Assembly (NCBI GenBank): GCA_963789955.1
Contig: CAWBMV010000001.1
Span: forward strand, 608,001 to 672,000
Source of the DNA: an uncultured Candidatus Rokubacteria bacterium
GTDB lineage: Bacteria; Methylomirabilota; Methylomirabilia; Rokubacteriales; CSP1-6
Length of the DNA: 64,000 nt
Reading direction: 5' to 3'
Numbering within the stretch: the first letter of the stretch is position 1; each line of letters starts with the position of its first letter. The notes beneath the pieces are model-generated. The model was not told where the DNA came from. It saw only the letters and a program-made list of their open reading frames with translations, and made no database searches. A program made the position numbers and the translations under genes. This document shows positions 28,235-38,270 of this stretch, one piece after another.

Positions 28235-28872
28235 CATCATCCGCCGCATCATTCGCGCCTACGACGATCCGATCGTGCGCGCCTACTGTTGGGTGCGGTT
28301 CTGGATCCTGCGCCAGCGCTTCCTCGACGAGATCGGGCAGTATCTGCCGCCGTCGGGGCCCGTGCTCGACATCGGATGCGGCTTCGGTCTGTTCTCGCTC
28401 TACTACGCCGCGACGGCACCCGCGCGCTTCGTCCACGGCGATCGACCTGAACACGCGACGCATCGCGATGGCACGCCGCGCGGCGGCGCGGCTGTCGATC
28501 GAGAACGTCGCGTACGAAGAGGGCGACGCGCGGACCTTCAAGGGCGACGGCGAGGTCGCGGCCGCCTACATGCTCGACATCGTGCACCATATCGCCCCGG
28601 ACACCGTGCCGCCGCTGCTGCGGCGGCTCCACGCCTGCCTCGCCCCCGGCGGCGTGCTCGTCGTCAAAGACGTCGACACGCGCCCGGCGCCGAAGCGCTG
28701 GTTTACCTGGACACTCGACAAGCTGATGGCGCCGACGACCCCGGTGCGGTACTGGAGCGGGGACGAGCTGGGAGCCGCGCTACGCGACGCCGGGTTCGAG
28801 GTGCGGCGTCACGCGATGCTCGACTTTCTTCCGTATCCGCACGTCATCTATATCGCGACCCGGCGACCGTAG
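28224..28872 (+). CDS. class I SAM-dependent methyltransferase (frameshift near 28440)
   Basis: VLDIGCGFG, IDLN..RI..A, DIVHH, LAPGGVLVVKD. Confidence 0.88.
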
Positions 28873-28885
28873 CCGCCGCGCGCCG

Positions 28886-29617
28886 TCACGACGCGTCCGG
28901 CGGCTCCTCGCGAGCCTCGTAGCGGAGCCGCCGCGCCTGCAGCCAGCGCACCCCGAACAGGTCGACGACGCCTCGCCACGCGCGATTGCGGACGCCGTAG
29001 TTCGAGACGCCGAAGCGTCGCGGGCGGTGATTCACGGGCACCACGATCACGCGATGGCCGGCCTGGCGGAGCAGCGCCGGCACGAATCGATGGAAGCCGT
29101 CGAAGAACTGGAGACTGTCGACGCAGCGCCGGTGCATCGCGCGGAGCGAGCACGCGCTGTCGCGCACCTGGTCGCCGAGCACGGCGCCGCGCACCGTGTT
29201 GGCGATACGCGAGGACATGCGTTTGAGCCACGGATCGCGCCGCGCCTGGCGCCACCCGCACGCCGCGTCCCAGCGATCGAGCTGAGCGAGCAGCAGGGGA
29301 ATATCGCCCGGGTCGGACTGCAGGTCGGAGTCGAGCGTGACGACGATGCGCCCGCGGACGGCGCGCAGCCCGGCCGCCAGCGCGGACGAGAGCCCGCGGT
29401 TGGCCGCGAGCCGGATCAGGCGCACGCGCGTGTCGGTCGCCTGCAGGAGTCGCACGAACTCCACGCTCGAGTCCGTGGACCCGTCGTCGACCACGATGAC
29501 CTCGGCCGAATCCTCGACGGTCTTGAGGACGGCCTGCAGCTCCTCCCAGAGAACGGGCAGACTCTGCGCCTCGTTGAAGACGGGAAGAACGATCGACAGC
29601 CCGACCTCGTTGGTCAT
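28886..29617 (-). CDS. glycosyltransferase family 2 (DPM1/ArnC-like polyprenol-phosphate glycosyltransferase)
   Basis: LSIVLPVFNE, VDDGSTD, DSDLQSDP, HRFVP, V.VNHRPR..G.S.YG. Confidence 0.92.
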   Translation of the reverse strand: MTNEVGLSIVLPVFNEAQSLPVLWEELQAVLKTVEDSAEVIVVDDGSTDSSVEFVRLLQATDTRVRLIRLAANRGLSSALAAGLRAVRGRIVVTLDSDLQSDPGDIPLLLAQLDRWDAACGWRQARRDPWLKRMSSRIANTVRGAVLGDQVRDSACSLRAMHRRCVDSLQFFDGFHRFVPALLRQAGHRVIVVPVNHRPRRFGVSNYGVRNRAWRGVVDLFGVRWLQARRLRYEAREEPPDAS

Positions 29618-31207
29618 CACGCGCCGCCTCGGCTCAGAACCAGCATTTCGTCGTTGGCCACGCGGCGCGCCGCGACGATGTGCCACGACGGATGCGCCAG
29701 AGGCTGGAGCCCGGTCCACGACTTCCTCGACATGATCACGGCCCCGCTCGCCGGGCCCGCCAGCAGCTGCTCGACGCGCGGTGCGATCGAGCTCGACGAC
29801 GGGACGGCGGAGATAAAAATCGTAGGTCAGCCAGATGTCAGGGTACACCAGCACCGCGGCGCCGGGTGCCGTCAAAGCGCTCGCGGCCGCCGCGATCGGC
29901 CGGACGTCGAAGTCTCGCGCGAACCTGGCCGGATAGCGGGCGCCCTCGATCACGAGAATCGCCCCGACGCCGAGCGCCACGACGAGCCCGCCCCGGACGA
30001 ACGCCTGCCGCCGCGCGGCCACGACGGCCCCCAGAGCCGTTGCCGTCAGCAAGACGACGATCAGCGCGATCTCGGCGCGCGAGTCCGGCACCCACGGCCG
30101 GCCCTCCCCACCGATCAGCCGCGCGGCCGGCGAGAGCGCGAACGCGGCGACGACCACCGCCAGCCCCGCGACCGCGAACAGGGCGCCGCGCAGCGCGCGG
30201 CCACCGCCGCGCGCCGCCGCCCGCGTGAGGAATTCGCCGACGAGCAGCGCCAGACCAGGGTAGATGGGGATCAGGTAACGGGCGCGGTGAATGCCGCTCA
30301 GGCCGATCAGCAGCCAGATCGTGAGGGTCCACGCGGCGATCAGACGCCGCTCGGCGTCGGGGAGCCGTCGCCACCACGTCGCCGCGCCCACGAGAAAGAT
30401 CGTCCACGGCAGCGCGTACGCGAAAACCCAGAGGCTCTCGAGGCGCGCGAGCGCGCCGCGCCGGAACGCCCAGCTTCCGTAGTGACCGACGACGGTGTCG
30501 CCGACGAACTCCGATCCGTGGCCGACGAGATACGTTCCGTACCACGGAGCCAGGAGCACCGTGATGACGGCGAGACCGAGGACCGGACGCAATCGGATGA
30601 GCGTGCGCCACCCGTCGGTGACGCCGATCGCGACGAAGCCTCCGACGAGCGCGATCAGGCCCATCGGTCCTTTGCTCATGATCGCAGCGGCGACACAGGC
30701 GTAGTAGGCGATGAGCGGGAGCGCCGTGTAGCCGGCCCGACGCGCCACGACGAGGCCGTAGAACGCCCACCACGTCCACGCCGTCACCATTACGTCCGAC
30801 TGGCCGTGGTGGCCGATCGCGAAGAAGCCGATCGTGGAGGCGAGCACGAGCGCCGACATCGCGCCGGTGCCCACACCCCAGATCCGGGCGCCGATCGCGA
30901 AGGCGGCCGCCACGGTCGCGATCGACGAAAGAACCGCGGGCAGCGCCGCCGTCCATTCCGTCACCTCGCCGCCGGGCAGCGACGCGACCGCCACGGACCA
31001 GAAGAAGAGCTGGGGCTTGTTGAGATACGGCACGCCGCGCAAGTCGGGAATGAGCCACCGGCCACTGTCGAGGATGTCGCGAGCCAGGAGCATGTAGCGC
31101 GCCTCGTTCGGATCCCAGAGCGGCGCCCGGCCGGCCGGGAGCCCCACCACGAGCGCAGCGAACGCCAGCACTGCGACGAGCACGAGGCGGGACCGGAGCG
31201 CGGACAT
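29617..31207 (-). CDS. ArnT-like glycosyltransferase family 39 (frameshift near 29785 fuses it artefactually to GT2)
   Basis: LWDPNEARY...AR.I..SG.W.IP...G.PYLNKP.LFFW, KGP, RYLIPIYP; the alternative frame ends TGA overlapping the GT2 ATG. Confidence 0.88.
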
Positions 31208-31283
31208 GGCAGCAGGGTGCCAATCACCGCCCCGAGGTTCAAGCTTTTTGGCCACCTCTGGTGTCAGAGGCTAGTCTGAAGAT

Positions 31284-31931
31284 ATGACCGCGATCCGGGT
31301 TCTCGTGCTCCTGCTGGTCATGGGCGCCGGTTCACACGGGGCCGCCACCGCGCAGAGCGGCAAGCAGGTGAGAGTGTCCTTCGAGTTTCGGCAGACGAGC
31401 ACACAGAACCGCGACGCGGTCGACGGCAGCGGGCGCGTGATCATCACCGACCGAGGAGGGACGCGTTCCTCGGGCCGCGTCGGCGTGGACAGCACGCAGC
31501 GACGCGTGCAGACGTCGACCGGTATGTTCACGATCGTCCAGGACGGCGGCGAGTCGACGCTCCTGGTCGCGAGCCAGATCCCCTATTCCCAGGTCACTTA
31601 CTATCGCGACTACCTGACCGGCGCCGGTTACGTCACCACCGGCGTGCAGTTCAAGGACGTCGGGACCTCCCTGAAGGTCGGCGCGGCGATCTTGCCCGGC
31701 AACCAGGTCAAGGTGCGGTTGACGCCCACGATCAGCTGGCTCTCGGCCGACCGGGCGGGGGTGATCGAGGTCAACGAGGCGTCGACCGAGCTGGTGGTGC
31801 CGAGCGGCCGGCCGGTGATGCTGGGCGGCGCCACGACCCAGACTCACGAGCTCACCCGTCGGATCCTCGGTTATCGCGCCAGCGACACCGCGACCGAGAC
31901 CACGATGGCGCTCACCGCGACGATTCGATAG
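31284..31931 (+). CDS. exported short secretin-like domain protein
   Basis: Signal peptide; QFKDVGTSLKV....LPGNQVKVRLTP.IS and ASTELVVPSG.PVMLGG resemble the secretin C-domain. Confidence 0.6.
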   Translation: MTAIRVLVLLLVMGAGSHGAATAQSGKQVRVSFEFRQTSTQNRDAVDGSGRVIITDRGGTRSSGRVGVDSTQRRVQTSTGMFTIVQDGGESTLLVASQIPYSQVTYYRDYLTGAGYVTTGVQFKDVGTSLKVGAAILPGNQVKVRLTPTISWLSADRAGVIEVNEASTELVVPSGRPVMLGGATTQTHELTRRILGYRASDTATETTMALTATIR

Positions 31932-32042
31932 CCTCCGCGGCCGCTCGGTTCTGTCAGAGTTGTCACGAGCTGACGTGTAATCCTGGCACCCCCGCGCGCC
32001 ACGCTGGCCCCTAAGTCCCACCCCGCAATGGTTTTTCAAGTC

Positions 32043-32057
32043 TGGCACGACACGTGC
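32043..32057 (+). promoter_or_regulatory. sigma54 (-24/-12) promoter candidate
   Basis: TGGCACGACACGTGC with GG-N10-GC spacing, ~40 nt before the lipoprotein ATG. Confidence 0.55.
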
Positions 32058-32098
32058 CACTGGCAACTGTGAACGCAGTCTGCGTCAAGGGAGGCTCT

Positions 32099-33250
32099 AT
32101 GCGCGTACTACTGGTGCTGGCCATGATTCCGCTTCTCGCCGCATGCTCCGTCTTCAGCTCGTCGGAGCCGTCGGCGACCCTCGTCGATACCCAGCCGACC
32201 GAGACTGCGGCCGGTACCACCGACACCACGGGCGCTCCGGCCGCCGGGACGAGCACAGACCCCGCCAGCGTGACTCCGACGCCTGTCGCCGCGACGCCGA
32301 CTCCCGCCGCGAACGCGTCCGTCGCGGCGAAGACGCCTGCGCCCGTGCCCGCGCCCGCTGCGCCGGCGCCCAGCGCGTCGTCGACCGGAGCGGACATCTC
32401 CGGCAAGTGGGTTGGATCGTGGATCGGCACGGGACTCTTCAATGCTCCACGCCAGGAGAACCTCGTCCTGGAGCTTGTTCAGAAAGGTGACGCCGGCTAC
32501 GGGAAGATGGTCCTCGACAATGCCACCGCTGCCGAATCGGTCCCGTGGGAAGTTCGCCAGCAGGGCCTCTTCGGAATTCGCGTCTTCGCCACGATCGACG
32601 GGTCGAAGGTGCGGATCACGCACGATCAGGACGACCGGGTGTTCACCGCAAACTTGACCGTCAACGGCGATCAGATGATCGGCGAGGTCAAGGGCCGAAA
32701 GGTTCGTCTGCTCCTGGCTCGTCAGGGCGGGTCGAACGCGCCGGCTCGAGAGGTTCCGCCCCAGGCCTCCCAGGTGATGCCACCGCCGATCGTCGCCGCC
32801 GCGCCGCCGCCGGCGGCCGTCGCGATGGCGCCCGCGCCGCAAGCGCAGGAGCCCGAGAAGCCCAAGGCCGAGGAAGTGATGCAGCGGCCGAAGAACGAAG
32901 AGTACGTGACCGCGCCCGAGCTGAAGTCGGTCTACTTCGACTTCGACAAGGCCAACCTGCGGCAAGACGCGGTCGACACGATGGTGAACAACGTGACGTG
33001 GCTCAAAGAGAATGCCGATACGTTCGTGCTCATCGAGGGCAACGCGGACGAGCGCGGCACGGCCGAATACAACCTGGCGCTCGGCGATCGGCGCGCCAAG
33101 TCGACGATGGACTACCTCGAGGCCAACGGCATCCCCAAGGACCGCATGGCGACGGTGTCGTACGGCAAGGAGCATCCGACGTGCACGAACGCGACCGAGG
33201 AGTGCCGGTACCAGAATCGTCGCGCCGATTTCCGCGTGAAGAGCCGCTGA
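32099..33250 (+). CDS. OmpA/Pal-family lipoprotein with long N-terminal extension
   Basis: Lipobox LAAC; C-terminal VYFDFDK, IEGNADERGTAEYNLALGDRRA, VSYGKE.P, NRRA. Confidence 0.9.
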   Translation: MRVLLVLAMIPLLAACSVFSSSEPSATLVDTQPTETAAGTTDTTGAPAAGTSTDPASVTPTPVAATPTPAANASVAAKTPAPVPAPAAPAPSASSTGADISGKWVGSWIGTGLFNAPRQENLVLELVQKGDAGYGKMVLDNATAAESVPWEVRQQGLFGIRVFATIDGSKVRITHDQDDRVFTANLTVNGDQMIGEVKGRKVRLLLARQGGSNAPAREVPPQASQVMPPPIVAAAPPPAAVAMAPAPQAQEPEKPKAEEVMQRPKNEEYVTAPELKSVYFDFDKANLRQDAVDTMVNNVTWLKENADTFVLIEGNADERGTAEYNLALGDRRAKSTMDYLEANGIPKDRMATVSYGKEHPTCTNATEECRYQNRRADFRVKSR

Positions 33251-33271
33251 CCGGGCGATGAACATACGCGG

Positions 33272-33309
33272 AGCCGGGGAGCGGGACGTCCGTCGCTCCC
33301 CGGCTTTTT
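33272..33309 (+). terminator. rho-independent terminator
   Basis: AGCCGGGGAGCG...CGCTCCCCGGCT followed by a T-run. Confidence 0.85.
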
Positions 33310-33315
33310 GATGCA

Positions 33316-34381
33316 GTGATCCCGCGCGGGCGATTCACTCCAGTCGTTTCTCTCCTTCTCCTTCGTCGTCTCCGCCGTCGTCTCCGCGGCTGTTGGCTCG
33401 ACGGCCGTGGTCGCGAGCGCCCAGGCCTTAGCACCGGGACCACGCGTGACGCTCGGCAGCGACGCCAAGAACCGCTACATCCGTATCGGCGGGCCGGGAG
33501 CGCCCGTCTACCCCACGATCGATCTCACGTGCGACGGCAAGCGCTGGACGCTCGCGCTGACGCGCTCGGAGGACGGCGCCGTCTACGAAGTCTCGCGCGG
33601 CAACGTCGAGACGATGATGAGCGCGCTCGCCTGCCGTCTGTTGCTGCCGGATCAGGAGGTCGCGCTGTCGCGCCAGCAGCTGTGGGCCGCCTGGTCGAAC
33701 CCGACGCAGGGCGCGGGAGCTCCGCAGGTGCTCGTGGGTCAGGTGGTCGACATCATCGACGGCAGCACGATCCTCGTGAACATGGGCCAACGCTCCGAGA
33801 CCGTGCGCTACATCGGGATCACTCCTCAGGAGAGCCCGCGGCGGCCGCCGACTGCTACGCCGAGCCCCGGGGAAGCCGTCGAGGCCAACCGTCAGCTCGT
33901 GTCGCGACAGCAGGTCCGCATCGAGCTCGATACCCAGGAGCGGGATCGGGACGGACGACTGCTCGCGTACGTCTACGTCGCCGACCAAATGGTCAACGCC
34001 GAGCTCGTTCGACGCGGATCCGCGGGGGTCATGACGGTCCAGCCGAACGTGCGCCACCGCGACCTCTTCGTCACGCTCGAGCAGGAGGCCCGAGACAACC
34101 GGCGTGGGGTGTGGGCCGATCCGGCCGAGGCGACCACGCCCACGACGGTCGAGCCGGCCCCTCGCCAGGTGGCCGAGGGCCGTCGCGGCGTGGCTCCTGA
34201 AAACACGTGGGCGTGTCCCGCGCAGCAGCCGATCAAGGGCCAGCAGACCTCCTACACCGGGGGCGGACGGTGCGTCTACCACGTGCCCGACGGCGAGCTC
34301 TACAGCGCGACGAAGGCCGAGCGCTGCTACGCGACGGTCGAAGAGGCGCGACAGGACGGCTGCGTGGCGGCGCGGCGGTAG
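33316..34381 (+). CDS. exported thermonuclease (SNase-like) domain protein with Cys-containing C-terminal module; probable frameshift near 33360
   Basis: VVDIIDG.TI, VRYIGI..PE-like, RDRDGRLLAYVYV, VNAELVR.G, EQEARDNRRGVW; C-terminal CP..QPIKG..YHVP..Y..T.AERCY. Confidence 0.8.
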
Positions 34382-34393
34382 GCCGCCGCGACT

Positions 34394-35309
34394 TCAGTCC
34401 GGCTTCGTGTACTTGCAGTCTCCGGACAATGTCGACTGTTCGGACAGAGCCAGCGCATCGGCCGAGAGCTTCTCCGCGGTCACGACGATCCCGGCGGCGC
34501 GCTTCTTCAGGCTGTCGCAATGCGCGGTCACGTCGGCCTCGGGCGCGAACGACGTGAACGCGGCGAAGGCGGCCCCCTCGTCTTCGGCCACGACGGCCCC
34601 GCCACCATAGCGCTGAGTCCTCCCGCGCACCGTGTACTGGTAGCCGTCCGGTCGCGTGGTCAAGGTCATGCCTGGGCCCTTGCCGAGGCACTTCTCGAGG
34701 ATGGCCGACGTGATCTCGCTCCGTCGCGGCTCGGCCGCTGGAGCGAGCGACAGCCTCGTCGTGACGATCGAGGCGGTCTGGGAAAGCTCGTTCTCTTGCT
34801 CCGTGACGCTCTTCCGCAGACGCTCCTTGGCCTGGGAGTAGTCCTGGTAGTGATTCGGGAGATCGGCGCTCAGAACCCGGTGCGCGGTGAAGAGGGACCT
34901 GAGGTCACCCGTCAGCCGACCTTCGGCGCGAACTCGTCGCGCGACCTGCGACAGCCTCTCAGCCTCGGTCCGGAGGACCGGCTGGAGCTGGCGTAGATGG
35001 GCCTGGCGGGTGTCTGTCGCACGGGCCTGCCGTCCATCGGCCGGGCGCGTGGGCTCGGCCTCCTGAGCTGGGCGTGGGCTGGTCGGCGGGCTTGCCGCCG
35101 ACCGCGACGTCGGGTTTCGGGAGCTCATTCGACGGCCGGGACGCATAGAAGCCCGCCACACCGATGGCAACGGCGATGAGGGCGAGCCCGGTGATGACCG
35201 ATCGGTTCGACCACCGGGTGAAGATCGAGACCAGCGAGAGGTGTCCCGAGGGGCGCATCGCGCGCGCCGCCGCCCGCTCGAACCGTCGCCGGTCTCGACT
35301 CGTCAGCAT
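34394..35309 (-). CDS. hypothetical membrane-anchored protein (frameshift near 35065)
   Basis: TM helix in the frame of ORF 34959-35345 joins the helical Cys-containing C-terminus of ORF 34394-35170. Confidence 0.5.
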
Positions 35310-35459
35310 GTACGCGATTCTTTGGGCTACCCGAAAGCCTATCACGTGCCGGCCGCCCTTCTGGCCGATCGGCGGACCGGAGCCGGTACAAGAGCCTAGG
35401 CTGCCGGCCGGCGCTCACGTGTCATACTCCGCGCGGTGGCCAGGCTCAGGGTCGGACTG

Positions 35460-36295
35460 ATGAGCGCCTTCCTCCTCGTGGCGGCGGCCGGTCACCTTGG
35501 TTGTGCCCAGCCGATCACGACGACGTCTCGCTGCTTCCGCCACCGCCCGCAGAAGCCGTCCGACTGGGCCTGACACGGGTCGCCCTGGCCCCCGGACGCT
35601 TCCCGCCGAAATTCGATCTCGTCGACGGCCCCGCCAAGGGCGCCGGCCAGGGCGCCGCGAGGGGGGCTCTGCTGGGTGCCGCGTACACGCTGGGCGGCGG
35701 TGCCTTCGGCAGGGCCGATCGGTCTCGTGGCCAGCGTCTTCCTCGCGCCGGTCGGCGCGGTGGGCGGCAGCATCGTGGGGGGTGTCACGGCCGAATCCGC
35801 CACGAAGGTCGAGGAACGAGTGGCGGCCGCCAGCCGGAGCCTGACGGCTCGGCAGATTCAGGATGACCTCGTGCGGCGCGTGGCCGTGATCGGTCGCGAG
35901 CAGACATCGCGCACGTTCACCTTGCTGGCCGAGCAAGGTCCGCGGACTCCCGGCGAGCGGGCCGACTATCGGGCACTCGCCGAGGAGGGCCTTCAGGCCG
36001 TCCTCGAGATCAGCGTGGTGGAGCTGTCGCTGCGTGGCCGCACCGGCGAGATCGATCCAACCCTCTCGCTGGCCATGGCCGTGAAGACGAGGCTGGTCCG
36101 TACCGATGACGATGCCGAGATCTACGCCCACTCGCTGACGTACTCAGGCGGCAACGGTCGCACGTTGGCCGAGTGGTTGGATGACGCGGAGCTCCTGCGA
36201 GTCGAGGTCGATCGCGCCTCCGTGATCGTCGCCGAGAAGATCATCGACGAAGTCTTCCTCCTCGTTCCGTTTCCGGCCGTCAGCGCAGGCGCTGA
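35460..36295 (+). CDS. hypothetical putative lipoprotein with Gly-zipper-like segment (several frameshifts)
   Basis: LGC lipobox-like start; GAGQGAARGALLG...PVGAVGGSIVGG; the core in ORF 35676 has normal composition. Confidence 0.45.
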
Positions 36296-36849
36296 TGCGC
36301 TGGGCCGTTTCCTGCGCGCTCCTGTTCCTCGTCCTGTTCCTCGTGGCCTGCACGAAGCCGCTCGAGGTCGCCGGGCTCAGGCCGCTGTCTCAGACGACCG
36401 ACGACGGTGCGCCCACCGTCGAGTCCTCGCAGCCAACCTTGAGATGGGAGCCGTTTCCGCGGCCCGCCGATCTCGAAGCGAACCCCGGAGGGTGGGTGAG
36501 TCGCGTTCGCAACGTGACCTACGATCTCCGAATCTGGCGAGGAGTCCGTGACCACTTCGGGCACGAGGAGGTCTATCCGGACGAGCTGGTGTACGCGAAA
36601 AGCGCGCTCTCGGCGCCCGAGCACACCGTCGACACGCCGCTCGCGAGCGAGACGCCATACCTCTGGAGCGTGCGCGCGCGTTTCGAGCTCGACGGCCAGA
36701 TTCGGGTCACGCCCTGGGGCGTCCTGCTGTCGTCCCGGCCTTCGATGCTCGCCGACCCGCGAAGCCCGTTAGTTCCGGCGCGCGGCTACTACCGTTTCCT
36801 GACGCCCCGAGAACCCGACGGGCGCGGAACTGGAGGGGGAGACGACTAG
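36295..36849 (+). CDS. putative lipoprotein with Ig/Fn3-like domain
   Basis: Lipobox LVAC; PTLRW, YDLRIW, YLWSVRARF. Confidence 0.65.
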   Translation: MRWAVSCALLFLVLFLVACTKPLEVAGLRPLSQTTDDGAPTVESSQPTLRWEPFPRPADLEANPGGWVSRVRNVTYDLRIWRGVRDHFGHEEVYPDELVYAKSALSAPEHTVDTPLASETPYLWSVRARFELDGQIRVTPWGVLLSSRPSMLADPRSPLVPARGYYRFLTPREPDGRGTGGGDD

Positions 36850-36861
36850 CTCCGCCGCCGC

Positions 36862-37466
36862 CTACCACACGCCGGGGACGAGGCGGTGGCGCACCATGGC
36901 GGCGTAGCTCGGCCATCCCGGATCGTTCGAGAGTACTCGCTCCTCGGCATAGATGCGGTAGAACAGAGACGCCCACCCCGCCAGCACCAGCAGCACCGTG
37001 CCCGAATTCCACTCCTGCAGGTTGTAGCCGACGTCCGCGAGCATGTAGGCCAGATACATCGGATGGCGGACGAGCCGGTACGGGCCTCTCGTCGCGAGTC
37101 CCCGCACGGCCGGGCGGACCCCGAACCATCTGCCGAGGCTGACGAGGCTCGAAAGACTCAGACACGCCGCGACCGTCACGAGGACGAGCCCGGCTTCGGG
37201 CCACGCGGGCTCGCCGGGCACCCGCCGGAGGTAGAGCATCTGACCGTACGGATAGGCATACGCCACGACGACGGCGACGCCGGTGGCCAGCGAGCGATCC
37301 TGCACGGCGGGCGGGCGCCGCATGAGGGCGATGCCGAGCACCAGGACATTCTGCAAGACGTAGATCCAGTCGGTGATCGTGAAGGTGGGCGTCAGAACGA
37401 AGAGGAGGGCGAGCTCGACCGAGGTGACGCCGAACAGGAGGAGATTAGGAAGGCTCGGTCCGGGGA
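36862..37466 (-). CDS. isoprenylcysteine carboxyl methyltransferase/PEMT family membrane protein; no clear start codon, possibly 5'-truncated
   Basis: LGRWFGVRP..RGL.TRGPYRLVRHPMY, RIYAEERVL, Y...VRHRLVPGVW. Confidence 0.75.
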
Positions 37467-37472
37467 TTAATT

Positions 37473-37548
37473 TGGTGGAGCTGAGGGGAGTCGAACCCCT
37501 GACCCCAAGACTGCCAGCCTTGTGCTCTCCCAACTGAGCTACAGCCCC
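37473..37548 (-). tRNA. tRNA-Ala (GGC)
   Basis: GGGGCTGTAGCTCAGTTGGGAGAGC-ACAAGGCT(GGC)AGTCTTG-GGGTCAGGGGTTCGACTCCCCTCAGCTCCACCA; G3:U70 pair; CCA encoded. Confidence 0.97.
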
Positions 37549-37560
37549 ACGCGAGAGACC

Positions 37561-37590
37561 ACCCTACAAGCCGCCGCGGAACGTTGTCAA
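37561..37590 (-). promoter_or_regulatory. sigma70-type promoter for tRNA-Ala
   Basis: TTGACA-N18-TAGGGT, 12 nt upstream of the tRNA 5' end. Confidence 0.65.
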
Positions 37591-37594
37591 GGAA

Positions 37595-37680
37595 TGGTAC
37601 CGGGGGCGGGAGTTGAACCCGCACGCCCTCGCGGGCACTGGATTTTGAGTCCAGCGTGGCTGCCGTTACACCACCCCGGC
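37595..37680 (-). tRNA. tRNA-Leu (CAA)
   Basis: GCCGGGGTGGTGTAACGGCAGCCACG-CTGGACT(CAA)AATCCAG, long variable arm GCCC(GCGA)GGGC, GGTTCAACTCC, CCA end. Confidence 0.95.
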
Positions 37681-37900
37681 CCGGGATCCCCAGAGTCGTC
37701 GAGCCACCACAGTGTACAGCCAGCCGCGCTTGGGCGGCACCGGCCAACGCGACGCGCGCGCCGACACGGCACGAGGCGACTCGAGGTGCGCTCGATGCTG
37801 TCTCCATGTCGGAGACGCCAGGCAAATCATTGAATTTGTTTGATGTATACTGAGCCGACGCTGCTTCGGCGTTCACAATCTGTCCGCGAGGAGGACACCG

Positions 37901-38246
37901 ATGGTCAGACTCGTCGCCGTGTTGATCGCCGTTCTGTTCGCCGTCTTCTCGCTCTCGGTCTCGCCGGTGCTGGCGCAAGCCAAGACCGACGCACCCGCCA
38001 AGACGGACGCGCCGGCCAAGGCCAAGACCGACACGAAGGCCGATGCGAAGAAGAAGGAGCCGCTCGACATCAATAGCGCATCGGCAGGACGAGCTCAAGG
38101 CTCTGCCGGGCATCGGCGACGCGTACGCGAAGAAGATCGTCGACGGTCGTCCGTACGCGCGCAAGGACGATCTGGCCAAGAAGAAAATCGTCCCGCAGGC
38201 CACCTACGACAAGATCAAGAACCAGATCATCGCGAAGCAGAAGTAG
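37901..38246 (+). CDS. ComEA-like helix-hairpin-helix DNA-binding exported protein (frameshift near 38085)
   Basis: GAGGAGG RBS; signal peptide; AKTDAP repeats; [27 protein letters not shown]. Confidence 0.88.
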
Positions 38247-38270
38247 CGTCGGAAGGGCGCGAGTCGCTGC

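Noticed and set aside
28886..31255. ArnT-GT2 fusion ORF (789 aa)
   Set aside because: An alternative frame after ~29785 gives a sensible C-terminus ending TGA overlapping the GT2 ATG; most likely an indel.
37979..38040. Short direct repeats GCCAAGAC(C/G)GAC as a possible CRISPR or array
   Set aside because: They encode the AKTDAP linker of the ComEA-like protein; no spacers or cas genes. No CRISPR array was seen anywhere in the window.
37445..38203. ORFs overlapping the two tRNA genes
   Set aside because: Translations of tRNA and antisense sequence; no protein motifs.
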